A DNA stretch of 64,000 nt from positions 10,206-74,205 of the forward strand of contig DAOTYE010000004.1 of NCBI GenBank assembly GCA_034434915.1, given 5' to 3'. Both the position numbers and the translations under genes were made by a program. The notes beneath the pieces were generated by a model, which was not told where the DNA came from, did no database searches, and worked only from the letters and a program-made list of their open reading frames with translations. Positions within the stretch are counted from its first letter, which is position 1. Every line of letters begins with the position of its first letter. Source of the DNA: Dehalococcoidales bacterium (lineage in GTDB: Bacteria > Chloroflexota > Dehalococcoidia > Dehalococcoidales > RBG-16-60-22). Positions 34,978-44,039 of the stretch are shown here, piece by piece.

Positions 34978-35799
34978 GTGAAGAACCACCACTATAAACT
35001 GCTCGTCATTGACGTGGATGGCACATTGATTGATGGCAAAGGAGGCATACCTTCCGGCACTGAGAAGGTAATCGCCCGCGTAAAGCAGGCAGGAATGCGG
35101 ATTTCCCTTTGCACCGGACGCAGCAATACCGCCACAGTGCCCCTCATCAAACGGCTTTCCCTTGACGGCTACCACATTTTCTTTGACGGGGCGCTGGTCA
35201 GCGGTCCGGGACCGGCTGAGGAGGTGTATGCCCAGCCACTCGCACCCCAACACGTCAAGAAAATGATTGACTTTGCCCATGAACACGGCATAAACCTTGA
35301 GCTTTTCACCGTCACGCGCTTCTTCTCCGAGCGGGAATCATGGTCAACACAGGTGCGCCGCGAGCTTTTCAGCATTGAAACGACCATCGTTGACTTCAAC
35401 GACATCTGGCAGAGGGAAAGAATCATCAAAGGCACTATTCTGACCAGAACGCCAGAAGAAGTGTCAGCGGCTGAAGCGTTTCACCGCCACTTCCAGGGTC
35501 AACTCAACTTTTCCCAGGCGGTAGCGCCTTTTCTCCCTGGTGTCACTTTCGTCAATGTGCTTGCTCCGGGCGTTACCAAGGGAAAGGCTCTGGAAGCGCT
35601 CGTCTCCCACCTGAACATTCCGCTTGCTGACGTCTTTGCCATCGGGGACGGCAGTAACGATATCCCGCTCTTTTCCGCCGCCGGCATGGCGGTCGCCATG
35701 GGCAACGCGCCCGACCCGGTGAAAGCCGCCGCCGACTACGTCACTGATGACATTGAGCACAACGGGCTGGCAAAAGCCATCAAGAAGTTCTTATTGTAA
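34978..35799 (+). CDS. Cof-type HAD-IIB hydrolase
   Basis: LLVIDVDGTL, LCTGR, and IGDGSNDIPL motifs. GTG start. Confidence 0.8.
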   Translation: MKNHHYKLLVIDVDGTLIDGKGGIPSGTEKVIARVKQAGMRISLCTGRSNTATVPLIKRLSLDGYHIFFDGALVSGPGPAEEVYAQPLAPQHVKKMIDFAHEHGINLELFTVTRFFSERESWSTQVRRELFSIETTIVDFNDIWQRERIIKGTILTRTPEEVSAAEAFHRHFQGQLNFSQAVAPFLPGVTFVNVLAPGVTKGKALEALVSHLNIPLADVFAIGDGSNDIPLFSAAGMAVAMGNAPDPVKAAADYVTDDIEHNGLAKAIKKFLL

Positions 35800-35850
35800 C
35801 GCCTGATATATGTTACAATAAGGGCAGGAATTTGATTATGGGGGTGCCTG

Positions 35851-36138
35851 ATGACCACTCAGCTGTCAGAGCAGGAAATGTATGAGCTCGCTAAAAAGCG
35901 GGTGAAGGCAAAAAGGGATTTTTACACCCACCTAGTAGTATATGTGGTGATTAATGCCATTCTGGTGATTCTCTGGTGGGCGGTCACCGGTGCAGGTTAC
36001 CCCTGGTTCCTCTGGGCGCTGGGCGGCTGGGGAGTTGGTCTGCTGTTCAATTTTCTGGGCGTATTTGTTCTGGACAAGGACACCGCCTGGGAGAAAAGGC
36101 AGATAGAAAAAGAAATTGAGAAGATGAAGAAAAGTTGA
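35851..36138 (+). CDS. 2TM-domain small membrane protein
   Basis: KRVKAKRDFYTHLVVYVVIN followed by a second TM segment. Confidence 0.65.
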   Translation: MTTQLSEQEMYELAKKRVKAKRDFYTHLVVYVVINAILVILWWAVTGAGYPWFLWALGGWGVGLLFNFLGVFVLDKDTAWEKRQIEKEIEKMKKS

Positions 36139-36176
36139 GCAGTCTGTGATGGACCGCTGTCCGAGAGAGGTGAACG

Positions 36177-36551
36177 ATGAAAAAACCTGACCTGCTCATT
36201 CTGATTGCCATCTGGGAGTTCGTCACCGCGTTCCTGGCAACTATCGGCATCGCCGTATTGGCGGCATTCGCCTTCCCACCAACAACGCATATGTGGAACA
36301 TATCAAGAGCGGGAGCTATCTTCAGCATGAGCCTCGGTGCGCTGGCGCTGGTATTATTTGTCGCACTGGCAATTGCCGCCGGCATCGGTCTTCTTCTGGG
36401 CAAGGCGTGGGGGCGGACTATGGCGATTGTTCATTCGGCGTTGAGCCTGCTCAATATTCCCATCGGCACCATTATCGGCGCGCTCGCCCTCGCCTATTTG
36501 TTCAGCGCCAATGTGAAAGCATACTTTGAGGCGCCACCTAAAACCGGCTAG
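36177..36551 (+). CDS. Small integral membrane protein, uncharacterised
   Basis: 124 aa with four hydrophobic segments. SD GAGAGGTGA upstream. Confidence 0.55.
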   Translation: MKKPDLLILIAIWEFVTAFLATIGIAVLAAFAFPPTTHMWNISRAGAIFSMSLGALALVLFVALAIAAGIGLLLGKAWGRTMAIVHSALSLLNIPIGTIIGALALAYLFSANVKAYFEAPPKTG

Positions 36552-36772
36552 CGGTTAAGCCTGAAGAGGCGTTTCCACCACGGCGCGGCGCTCCCGTACC
36601 CCTTTACCACGAAGGAGTGCTCGCACCTGCCACAGCGCCACGTCTTGAAAAGTTCGTTATAGTAGGTCTCGGTGCTGCCACAGCGGGGACAGCTGGTGCG
36701 CAGTTTCTTCTGCGTCTCCTTATCCAGCTTCTTCCAGTATTTATCGTGCCAGCCGGGCCGTCCGGTCATCAA
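36548..36772 (-). CDS. Small zinc-ribbon protein, uncharacterised
   Basis: 74 aa with CPRCGS...CGRC. Its stop codon shares the CTAG tetranucleotide with the convergent gene. Confidence 0.5.
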   Translation of the reverse strand: MMTGRPGWHDKYWKKLDKETQKKLRTSCPRCGSTETYYNELFKTWRCGRCEHSFVVKGYGSAAPWWKRLFRLNR

Positions 36773-36786
36773 AGCTCCTTATCTGC

Positions 36787-36818
36787 TTAGAGTTTAGTAA
36801 TTAGAATTTAGAGTTTAA
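36787..36818. repeat. Solo copy (inverted) of the AAACTCTAAAT(C/T)CTAATT(T/A)CTAAACTCTAA motif
   Basis: The reverse complement, TTAAACTCTAAATTCTAATTACTAAACTCTAA, differs from 48673-48702 at only 2 positions. Confidence 0.75.
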
Positions 36819-36820
36819 CC

Positions 36821-37795
36821 CTATATGTGCAGTTCAATGACATCCCCGTCCTGGAGGACATGGTCGCGCTTGACCATGATGCCATCATGCTTGCCTGAGC
36901 CCCAGAGGCGGGCATACTTCATCTTGGCGAGGAAGTCTTTGTGCACCACCGCCGCGGCATCAGCAAGGGTGCTCCCCTTCGGCAGGACGATTGGGTCATC
37001 ATAGTCCGGCTTCTGCCCCGGCGCCTTGGTATAGACCCGGATGATGCCCAGCATCTGGAACACGCTCCTTTTCAGTTCCTCAAGCCCCACCCTGTCTCTG
37101 GCAGAAATCGCCACCAGCGGCAGTTTGCCATTATAGGCGTTCTGCAGTGCGGTATAATTACTCTGCGCCCCGGGAAGGTCAACTTTATTGCCCACGATGA
37201 TGGCTTTCTTGCGGCTGAGAACTGCTTCCGGGTCCACATTCCCGATGCCAATATCAATCCTCATCCTGTGCAGATAGCCCAGGATTTCCGCCACCTGCGC
37301 GCGCGGGTCCTGGCTCAGGTCAAGGACGATTAGCAATGCGTCAGCCCGGCGGAACATGTGCGGCATCCACCATTGCAACGTCTGCGGCGCCAGCGGGGGA
37401 GTATCAATAAGCTGAATCTGGATATTTTCAAACTTCATCATACCCGGCAGGGGCGTCTGAGTGACAAACGGGTAGTCCGCCACGAGCGGAGAGGCGTTGG
37501 TGATGGCGCCAACGAGCTGGGATTTGCCCGAGTTCGTCAGCCCGATGACCGCCACCTGGGCGGCTCCCTCTTTGTCAATAAGCATGGAGGTGCGCGCCGC
37601 CCCACCCTTCTTCCCCATCATCTGGGTGAGCTTGGCAATCCTTGTCCGGAGGTCAGCGCGGAGATGGTCGGTGCCCTTGTGATGGGGCATGATGGCAAGC
37701 ATCTCTTCCAGCGCGGCAATCTTTTCCTCCGGAGTTTTTGCCTCCCGGTATTCTCTTTCTGCCTCAAAATACTGGGGTGGTAAGTTAGCCGGCAC
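36821..37795 (-). CDS. OBG-HflX-like GTPase of the DRG/Rbg type with C-terminal TGS domain
   Basis: G1 GLTNSGKSQL, DTPP, NKVD, and a C-terminal TGS-like region (KGSTLADAAAVVHKDF...DGDVIELH). GTG start overlaps the uvrC stop by 11 nt. Confidence 0.7.
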   Translation of the reverse strand: MPANLPPQYFEAEREYREAKTPEEKIAALEEMLAIMPHHKGTDHLRADLRTRIAKLTQMMGKKGGAARTSMLIDKEGAAQVAVIGLTNSGKSQLVGAITNASPLVADYPFVTQTPLPGMMKFENIQIQLIDTPPLAPQTLQWWMPHMFRRADALLIVLDLSQDPRAQVAEILGYLHRMRIDIGIGNVDPEAVLSRKKAIIVGNKVDLPGAQSNYTALQNAYNGKLPLVAISARDRVGLEELKRSVFQMLGIIRVYTKAPGQKPDYDDPIVLPKGSTLADAAAVVHKDFLAKMKYARLWGSGKHDGIMVKRDHVLQDGDVIELHI

Positions 37796-39614
37796 TTAAA
37801 GCCTCCTTTAGCCTTCTTGCCAATTTCACCGTCATGCCTTTCACCGCCGCCAGTTCTTCAATTGAAGCCTCTTTAATTCTGTCAATTGAGCCAAAGTGCT
37901 TCAGGAGCGCGCGGCGGCGTTTCAGCCCAATCCCCTCTATATTATCAAAAACAGAAATAAACGTCTCCCTCTTATGCACCTTCTGAAAGTAGCCGATGGC
38001 AAAGCGGTGGGCTTCATCCCGCACTCGCTGGAGAAGGCGGAGTGCCGGTGAAGTGCGAGGCAAAACAACTGGCTTGGAGCGACCGGGGAGAAAGATTTCC
38101 TCGTTTTCCTTGGCGATGCTCGCCACCGGGAAGTCCGCTCCGGCTTCCTTCATCGCGGCGAGAGCGGCATTGAGTTGCCCCTTGCCCCCGTCAATAAGAA
38201 CGAGGTCTGGCGCCACCGCCCACGTTTCTCCGGTGGCATCACTGCCCAGCCTTTTGAAGCGCCGTTTGAGCACCTCCTGCATCATGGCGTAATCGTCGGC
38301 GCCAGCGACTGTTTTAATTTTGAAGCGGCGGTAGTGGGCTGGCTTCGGCTTCCCTTTCTCAAAGACCACCATGCTCCCCACCGCCGCCAGACCCTGGATA
38401 TCGGAGATATCGTAGCCTTCTATCCGCCCGGGCGGGCGGGGCAAATTGAGCTCCTTTTCCAGCTCAGCAAGGGCTTCTTCCAGCTCTCTAGGCGTGGCAA
38501 GCTGTTTGATTTTCATCTGCACCAGGCTTTCCCGCGCGTTCTGCGCAACGATGTCAACCAGCTCTTTCTTGCTCCCGCGGCGCGGCACCTGAAGCACCAC
38601 CCTCCCGCCCCGCCTCTTCTCCAGCCACTCCCTCACCACAGCTTCTTCCTCTACCGGATACTGAAGCAGGAGGCGTGGTGGCACATGCGGGCTGGAGCTA
38701 TAAAACTGCTTGATGAAGCTGGTCATGATTTGAGACGGGGTCTCCTGCCGCGTTCCCTGAAGTATGAAGCTCTCCCGCCCGGTCAGCTTGTTATTGCGGA
38801 TGAAGAAGACCTGGACACATGCCTGGTCACCGTCCTGGATGAAGGCGATGACATCCTGCTCACCTCTCACCTTCGCCGCAATGCGCTGGCCCTCAATGAC
38901 GTCCTGAATGGCGCTAATCTGGTCACGGATGAGCGCCGCCTTCTCAAACTGCAGCGCCTCAGCCGCCTTCTCCATCCTGTCCTGAAGCTCCCGCACTATC
39001 CTTTCCTGCTTCCCCTCAAGAAAGAGAATGACCTGCTTGATGACCCGGGCATACTCTTCCTTCGTTGCCGCGCCGATGCACGGTCCCACACAGCGCCCCA
39101 GGTGATATTCAAGGCACGCGCGGGAGTCAGTCCCGGTGATGGGCTTGGTGCAGTAGCGGAAAGGGAAGATACCCTTAATGACTCTCAAAGTCTGGCGCAC
39201 TGACCGCGCGCTGGCAAAGGGACCGAAGTAGCGTCCGCCGTCCTGCTCCAGGCGCCGCGTGACGAAAACGCGGGGATACTCTTTGTTCACCTCAATTTTG
39301 AGATAGGGAAAAGTCTTATCGTCTTTGAGGCGCACATTGAAATAGGGATGGTGCCTTTTGATTAAGTTCAGCTCAAGGATGAGCGCCTCCTGCTCTGACC
39401 CCGTGACATAGAAATCAATATCCGCCACGCGGTCCACCAGGCGCTGGATTTTAGGAGTGAGCTTCTGTGCTGAGGTGAAGTAAGACCTCACCCTGTGGCG
39501 CAGGCTTGCCGCCTTGCCTACGTATAAAACAGTGCCCTGAGCGTCCCTCATGAGGTAAACGCCGGGACCTGTGGGCAGTCTTTCTATCTGCTCCGCAATG
39601 AGCTGGCTTACCAT
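37785..39614 (-). CDS. uvrC: Excinuclease ABC subunit C
   Basis: N-terminal GIY-YIG (GVYLMRD...VLYVGKA), UVR domain, and C-terminal (HhH)2. Confidence 0.9.
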   Translation of the reverse strand: MVSQLIAEQIERLPTGPGVYLMRDAQGTVLYVGKAASLRHRVRSYFTSAQKLTPKIQRLVDRVADIDFYVTGSEQEALILELNLIKRHHPYFNVRLKDDKTFPYLKIEVNKEYPRVFVTRRLEQDGGRYFGPFASARSVRQTLRVIKGIFPFRYCTKPITGTDSRACLEYHLGRCVGPCIGAATKEEYARVIKQVILFLEGKQERIVRELQDRMEKAAEALQFEKAALIRDQISAIQDVIEGQRIAAKVRGEQDVIAFIQDGDQACVQVFFIRNNKLTGRESFILQGTRQETPSQIMTSFIKQFYSSSPHVPPRLLLQYPVEEEAVVREWLEKRRGGRVVLQVPRRGSKKELVDIVAQNARESLVQMKIKQLATPRELEEALAELEKELNLPRPPGRIEGYDISDIQGLAAVGSMVVFEKGKPKPAHYRRFKIKTVAGADDYAMMQEVLKRRFKRLGSDATGETWAVAPDLVLIDGGKGQLNAALAAMKEAGADFPVASIAKENEEIFLPGRSKPVVLPRTSPALRLLQRVRDEAHRFAIGYFQKVHKRETFISVFDNIEGIGLKRRRALLKHFGSIDRIKEASIEELAAVKGMTVKLARRLKEALSAG

Positions 39615-39695
39615 GCTTGACCTCTGAAATTATTGTAACACAGGCTTGCATCTGGACAAAGCATCTTTGACCGCCTTCATCTGCTGGGGGGACCC

Positions 39696-39778
39696 GTCAT
39701 TGCGAGCAAAGCGAAGCGATATCCCATTGAATTTATTGGGATTGCCACGCCCCGTTTTCATCGGGACTTGCAAAGGCA
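39696..39778. repeat. Intergenic hairpin-type repeat, copy B
   Basis: GTCATTGCGAGCAAAGCGAAGCGATATCCC...GGGATTGCCACGCCCCGTTTTCATCGGGACTTGCAAAGG. Aligns with copy A over about 85 nt. Confidence 0.7.
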
Positions 39779-39861
39779 GACAGAGGATTTTTACTTGCTT
39801 ATAATTTTATGTTAAAATACTGCTATCCCTGAATAGAATTTTGCTTTTGCGAGGTTGAGCG

Positions 39862-40776
39862 GTGAGAGCGGAAATTGATACTTTCCTGAACTACTTAAAA
39901 GTGGAGAAGGGCTATTCGGAAAATACCATCGCGGCATACCGCAATGACCTGCTTGAACTGGCTAGGTTTGCCGAAAAAGAGCTGGGCAAACAGAACCAGA
40001 TGCCCTCATGGGCTGGCTTCAACCGGCAGGCGATGCTCGCCTACATGCTCCACCTCAAGAGCGACAAAAACTACGCCGCAACCACCGCCGCACGCAAGGT
40101 GGCTTCCGCCAAGTCTTTTTTCAAATTCTTGACCCGCGAGGGGACCATCAAGGACAACCCCGCCAAGGACATGAGCTCGCCCAGTGTGGGCAAGCCCCTG
40201 CCCAAACCCATCACCATCAGCCAGGTACGCCGCCTGCTGGAACAGCCGGCTAAGATAAATACCCTTGAAGCGAAGCGGGACAAAGCTATGCTGGAGCTCC
40301 TCTATGCCAGCGGCATGCGCATCAGCGAGCTCACCGCGCTGAACGTGGGCGATGTGGACACCGCTGGCGGATATGTGCGTTGCTTCGGCAAGGGGAAAAA
40401 GGAGCGCCTCATCCCCATTTATGAACAGGCGGCGCGGGCGGTCAAAGAATACACAGAGGAAGTCAGACCTAAACTGCTCCGCGGCAGAAAATCAGAAACC
40501 GCCCTCTTCCTTAACCCGCGCGGAAAGAGACTCACCCGGCAGGGGTTCTGGCAGAAGCTCAAAGAATATGCCCGAAGCGCCGGGCTGGACATCAAAATCA
40601 GCCCCCATACCCTGCGCCACAGCTTCGCCACCCACATGCTCAGCGGCGGTGCTGACCTGCGAGCGGTGCAGGAACTGCTCGGTCACGCCAATATTTCCAC
40701 CACGCAGGTCTATACTCATTTAACATCAGAGCATGTCCGCCGCACTTATGAGAAATCTCACCCCAGAGCCAAGTAA
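39862..40776 (+). CDS. Tyrosine recombinase XerC/XerD family
   Basis: N-terminal SAM-like domain. Catalytic R...HxLRHSFATH...GH...TQVYTH with the Tyr. Confidence 0.85.
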   Translation: MRAEIDTFLNYLKVEKGYSENTIAAYRNDLLELARFAEKELGKQNQMPSWAGFNRQAMLAYMLHLKSDKNYAATTAARKVASAKSFFKFLTREGTIKDNPAKDMSSPSVGKPLPKPITISQVRRLLEQPAKINTLEAKRDKAMLELLYASGMRISELTALNVGDVDTAGGYVRCFGKGKKERLIPIYEQAARAVKEYTEEVRPKLLRGRKSETALFLNPRGKRLTRQGFWQKLKEYARSAGLDIKISPHTLRHSFATHMLSGGADLRAVQELLGHANISTTQVYTHLTSEHVRRTYEKSHPRAK

Positions 40777-40788
40777 AGGAGATGCTAC

Positions 40789-41037
40789 ATGCCAGGTAAA
40801 AGTAAGAAACACGGCAAAGCAAAATATTCACTCCAGAAAGCGAAAGGGCTAAACCAGCCGCCGGCAGATGCCGGGATTGCTTCAGCCCAGAAGATGCAGA
40901 CACCGGCGGCTCCTGCTTCTGGGACACATGCGCAGGAAGGACGCTATCCATTCATCGGTGCGGAACTGCGCCTGATTGGCATTCTCTCCGGCATCATACT
41001 GGTGATTCTCATTGTTTTAGCGCTGGTCTTGCCATAA
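40789..41037 (+). CDS. Small C-terminally anchored membrane protein, uncharacterised
   Basis: 82 aa with a basic N-terminus and one C-terminal TM (LIGILSGIILVILIVLALVL). Confidence 0.45.
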   Translation: MPGKSKKHGKAKYSLQKAKGLNQPPADAGIASAQKMQTPAAPASGTHAQEGRYPFIGAELRLIGILSGIILVILIVLALVLP

Positions 41038-41055
41038 CCACGGGCTGGTTTCACT

Positions 41056-41724
41056 ATGGATTTTTCTGCCGCCAGAGCTGAGCTGATTGCCCATCTCAGC
41101 ACTGAAATTAAAGACAAGCGGGTACTGGAGGCGATGGCGCGCGTCCCCCGCGAGCTTTTTGTCCCGACGGAAAGCCGGCACCTCGCTTATGAAGACATAC
41201 CGCTGCCAATTGGCTACGGGCAGACCATTTCCCAGCCTTACATCATCGCCTTGATGACCCAGTCGCTGGAACTCAAAGAAAGCGATAAGGTGCTGGAAAT
41301 TGGCACCGGGAGCGGCTACCAGACCGCCATCCTTGCTGAGCTGGCGCGGCAGGTAGTTACCGTGGAGCGCCTGCCTGAGCTTATTCAGCGGGCAAAACAG
41401 GTGCTGGATAAGCTGGGTTACCACAATATCCAGTTCCACATGGCGGAGGAAACGCTCGGGTGGAAGAAAGACGCACCATATGACGCCATTATGGTCACTG
41501 CGGGAGCACCGGATATTCCTGAGGAACTTATGGCGCAGTTAGCCATCAACGGTAGAATGGTTATACCGGTCGGCTCACGTTTCTTGCAAGAGCTGGTCAA
41601 AGTGACCCGCCACAAGACAAAACGGACAGTAGAGAACCTGGGCGGCTGCCGCTTTGTCTCGCTCATCGGCAAGGGTGCCTGGGAAAATGAACAGTGGCAA
41701 GGAGAAGGTGATGGACCTATTTGA
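41056..41724 (+). CDS. pcm: Protein-L-isoaspartate O-methyltransferase
   Basis: GQTISQPYIIALM and VLEIGTGSGYQTA SAM motif. Confidence 0.9.
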   Translation: MDFSAARAELIAHLSTEIKDKRVLEAMARVPRELFVPTESRHLAYEDIPLPIGYGQTISQPYIIALMTQSLELKESDKVLEIGTGSGYQTAILAELARQVVTVERLPELIQRAKQVLDKLGYHNIQFHMAEETLGWKKDAPYDAIMVTAGAPDIPEELMAQLAINGRMVIPVGSRFLQELVKVTRHKTKRTVENLGGCRFVSLIGKGAWENEQWQGEGDGPI

Positions 41725-42268
41725 AGCAATCAAAACGCGGAGAAGCATACGCAAATATAAGTCTGACCCAGTTGATGACGCGCTTCTGGAAAAAGTGCTG
41801 GATGCGGCGCGCCTGGCACCTTCCTGGGCAAATACGCAGTGCTGGCGGTTCATCGTCGTCCGCAGTCAGGAGACCAGAAACAAGCTGGCGGACACGCTGG
41901 ATGCCACCAACCCCGCCAGAGGCGCCATCATGCAGGCGCCCATCACCATCGTCGCCTGCGCCGAGCTGGGTAAATCAGGCTTCTACTCTGGCGACAACAA
42001 GCCGGCTACAGACAAGGGAGACTGGTTCATGTTTGATGTGGGTATAGCCATGGAGCACCTGGTGCTGGCGGCGCACGCGCTGGGGCTGGCCACGGTGCAT
42101 GTGGGGCTCTTTGACGCCAAAAAGGCGGCGGAAATCCTGGGGGTGCCGCCAGGTGCATGCGTAGTTGAGATGACGCCGCTCGGCTATCCTGACCAAGTGC
42201 GTGACGCCAGACCGCGGAAGCAGCTCTCTGAAATCGTCTTCTACGAGCGCTGGGGCGGCGGGAAATAA
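41711..42268 (+). CDS. Nitroreductase family protein
   Basis: MDLFEAIKTRRSIRKY...APSWANTQCWRF signature. The start overlaps the pcm end. Confidence 0.8.
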   Translation: MDLFEAIKTRRSIRKYKSDPVDDALLEKVLDAARLAPSWANTQCWRFIVVRSQETRNKLADTLDATNPARGAIMQAPITIVACAELGKSGFYSGDNKPATDKGDWFMFDVGIAMEHLVLAAHALGLATVHVGLFDAKKAAEILGVPPGACVVEMTPLGYPDQVRDARPRKQLSEIVFYERWGGGK

Positions 42269-42277
42269 AGGCGGCGC

Positions 42278-42829
42278 ATGAGCTATAAACGATGGCTTTT
42301 CATCGCCGCCGGGCTTTTCCTGCTGGGGATGTTGCTCGGTCTCTTTATGCCCGCCACTGTCTCCAGCATGCTCACCAGAGACCAGCTTGAGATGCTTAGG
42401 GGCTTGGGGCAGGTGTTACAACCGTTCACTATCACCATGGCTCTGTTCGTCTTTTTCAAAAACGTGACTGCGCTCATTTTCAGCTTCGTCTTCAGCCCGT
42501 TCCTGCTTCTTTTTCCCATCATTGCGCTGACGTTAAATGGCTGGTTTCTTTCCTTCGTCGCCGTCTCTGTGGTGCAAGAAACATCGCTGGGTTTCCTTAT
42601 CGCCGGCATCCTGCCGCATGGCATCTTTGAAATTCCCGCTATTGTCATCGGTGAAGCCGCCGCACTGAGTTTCGGTTCCTTTGCCATAATGTGCCTTTTC
42701 TCAAAAGAGAAACGGGTCAAATTCGTGCCACACCTGAAGCAGAACCTGAAGTATCTCCTGCTCGCCGCGGCGTTCCTCCTGCCGGCGGCAATCATTGAGA
42801 CTTATATCACGCCGCTGTTTCTGACATGA
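42278..42829 (+). CDS. SpoIIM/DUF95-family membrane protein
   Basis: PHGIFEIPAIVIGEAAAL motif. Polytopic. Confidence 0.65.
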   Translation: MSYKRWLFIAAGLFLLGMLLGLFMPATVSSMLTRDQLEMLRGLGQVLQPFTITMALFVFFKNVTALIFSFVFSPFLLLFPIIALTLNGWFLSFVAVSVVQETSLGFLIAGILPHGIFEIPAIVIGEAAALSFGSFAIMCLFSKEKRVKFVPHLKQNLKYLLLAAAFLLPAAIIETYITPLFLT

Positions 42830-42909
42830 GCTGACCCTGGCACTGAACCAGCAGTATCTCTTGCTTTGGTAGAACGCATGTGTTATCATGCTGGTTGAAG
42901 GCGGAACAT

Positions 42910-43932
42910 ATGACCACAGAGAGAGAAAAGGCGCTTGAACTTGCCATAGGCCAGATTGAGAAACGGTTCGGCAAGGGCTCCATCATGAAACTGGGGGAGT
43001 CCGCCGCTGGTCCTGTTGAAGTGATTCCCACCGGCTCACTGGCACTGGACCTGGCTCTGGGCGTGGGTGGTATTCCCAAGGGGCGCATTACTGAAATCTT
43101 CGGACCGGAAGCATCCGGAAAGACCACGGTCGCCCAGCACATCATCGCTGAAGCACAGAAACGAGGAGGTGTGGCTGCCTATATTGACGCAGAGCATGCC
43201 CTTGACCCCACCTATGCCGCCCACTGCGGCGTGAATGTCAATGACCTGCTTATTTCCCAGCCTGACACCGGAGAGCAAGCCCTGGAAATCACCGAGCACC
43301 TGGTGCGGAGCACCGCCATTGACGTCATCGTCATTGACAGCGTCGCCGCGCTTGTGCCCCGGGCGGAAATTGAGGGGGAAATGGGTGATGCCCACGTGGG
43401 CTTGCAAGCCCGCCTGATGTCCCAGGCGCTGAGAAAACTTGCCGCCGCCATCGGAAGGTCAGGAACAGCGGTCATTTTCATTAATCAGCTACGGGAAAAG
43501 GTAGGGATTGTCTTCGGTAATCCGGAGGTCACGCCGGGCGGCAGGGCGCTCAAGTTTTACAGCTCCGTCAGGATAGACTTGAGACGCGTGGAGACTATCA
43601 AGCAGGGCAATGAAGCTATCGGCAGTCATGTGAAAGCCAGGGTGGTCAAGAACAAGGTTGCTCCACCCTTCCGCAGTGCTGAGTTTGATATCATGTTTGA
43701 CCGCGGTATCAGCAAAGAGGGCAATCTCATTGACCTTGGCATCCAATTGGATATCATCAAAAAGGCTGGTGCCTTTCTCTCTTACGGGGATGTCCGCCTG
43801 GGGCAAGGCAGGGAAAGCGCCAAACAGTTTCTGGCACAGAACCCTGACACTGCCAAAGAAATTGAAGAGAGAATCAGGGCTTCAGCCGCATCTGTCCATA
43901 TTGCCGCATCAGATGAACCAGCCGGGCAGTAA
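42910..43932 (+). CDS. recA: Recombinase RecA
   Basis: [21 protein letters not shown] and Walker [10 protein letters not shown]. Start set at ATG 42910. Confidence 0.95.
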   Translation: MTTEREKALELAIGQIEKRFGKGSIMKLGESAAGPVEVIPTGSLALDLALGVGGIPKGRITEIFGPEASGKTTVAQHIIAEAQKRGGVAAYIDAEHALDPTYAAHCGVNVNDLLISQPDTGEQALEITEHLVRSTAIDVIVIDSVAALVPRAEIEGEMGDAHVGLQARLMSQALRKLAAAIGRSGTAVIFINQLREKVGIVFGNPEVTPGGRALKFYSSVRIDLRRVETIKQGNEAIGSHVKARVVKNKVAPPFRSAEFDIMFDRGISKEGNLIDLGIQLDIIKKAGAFLSYGDVRLGQGRESAKQFLAQNPDTAKEIEERIRASAASVHIAASDEPAGQ

Positions 43933-43984
43933 CAGAGTTAATTAGCATTAAACCAGCAAAAACTGAATAACCGCACCAGGAGCA

Positions 43985-44020
43985 AGGCTGAAGCTCAGAA
44001 GGCTTCAGCCTGTTGTTTTT
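43985..44020 (+). terminator. Intrinsic terminator between recA and recX
   Basis: 10-bp stem AGGCTGAAGC/GCTTCAGCCT, 7-nt loop, followed by GTTGTTTTT. Confidence 0.75.
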
Positions 44021-44039
44021 CAAGGCTGGAAGGAGAGAA

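Noticed and set aside
39862-40776. The tyrosine recombinase as an integrase marking a mobile element or prophage.
   Set aside because: It has the size and motifs of chromosomal XerC/XerD. The flanking genes (uvrC, pcm, recA) are housekeeping. No tRNA, att-like direct repeats or phage genes were seen nearby.
42850-42909. A possible LexA (Cheo-type GAAC-N4-GTTC) box in the recA promoter (AGAACGCATGTGTTAT).
   Set aside because: Only one half-site matches and the spacing is wrong. The TGTGTTA also appears in the uvrC promoter as part of an extended -10 (TGn) element, so it is better explained as promoter sequence.
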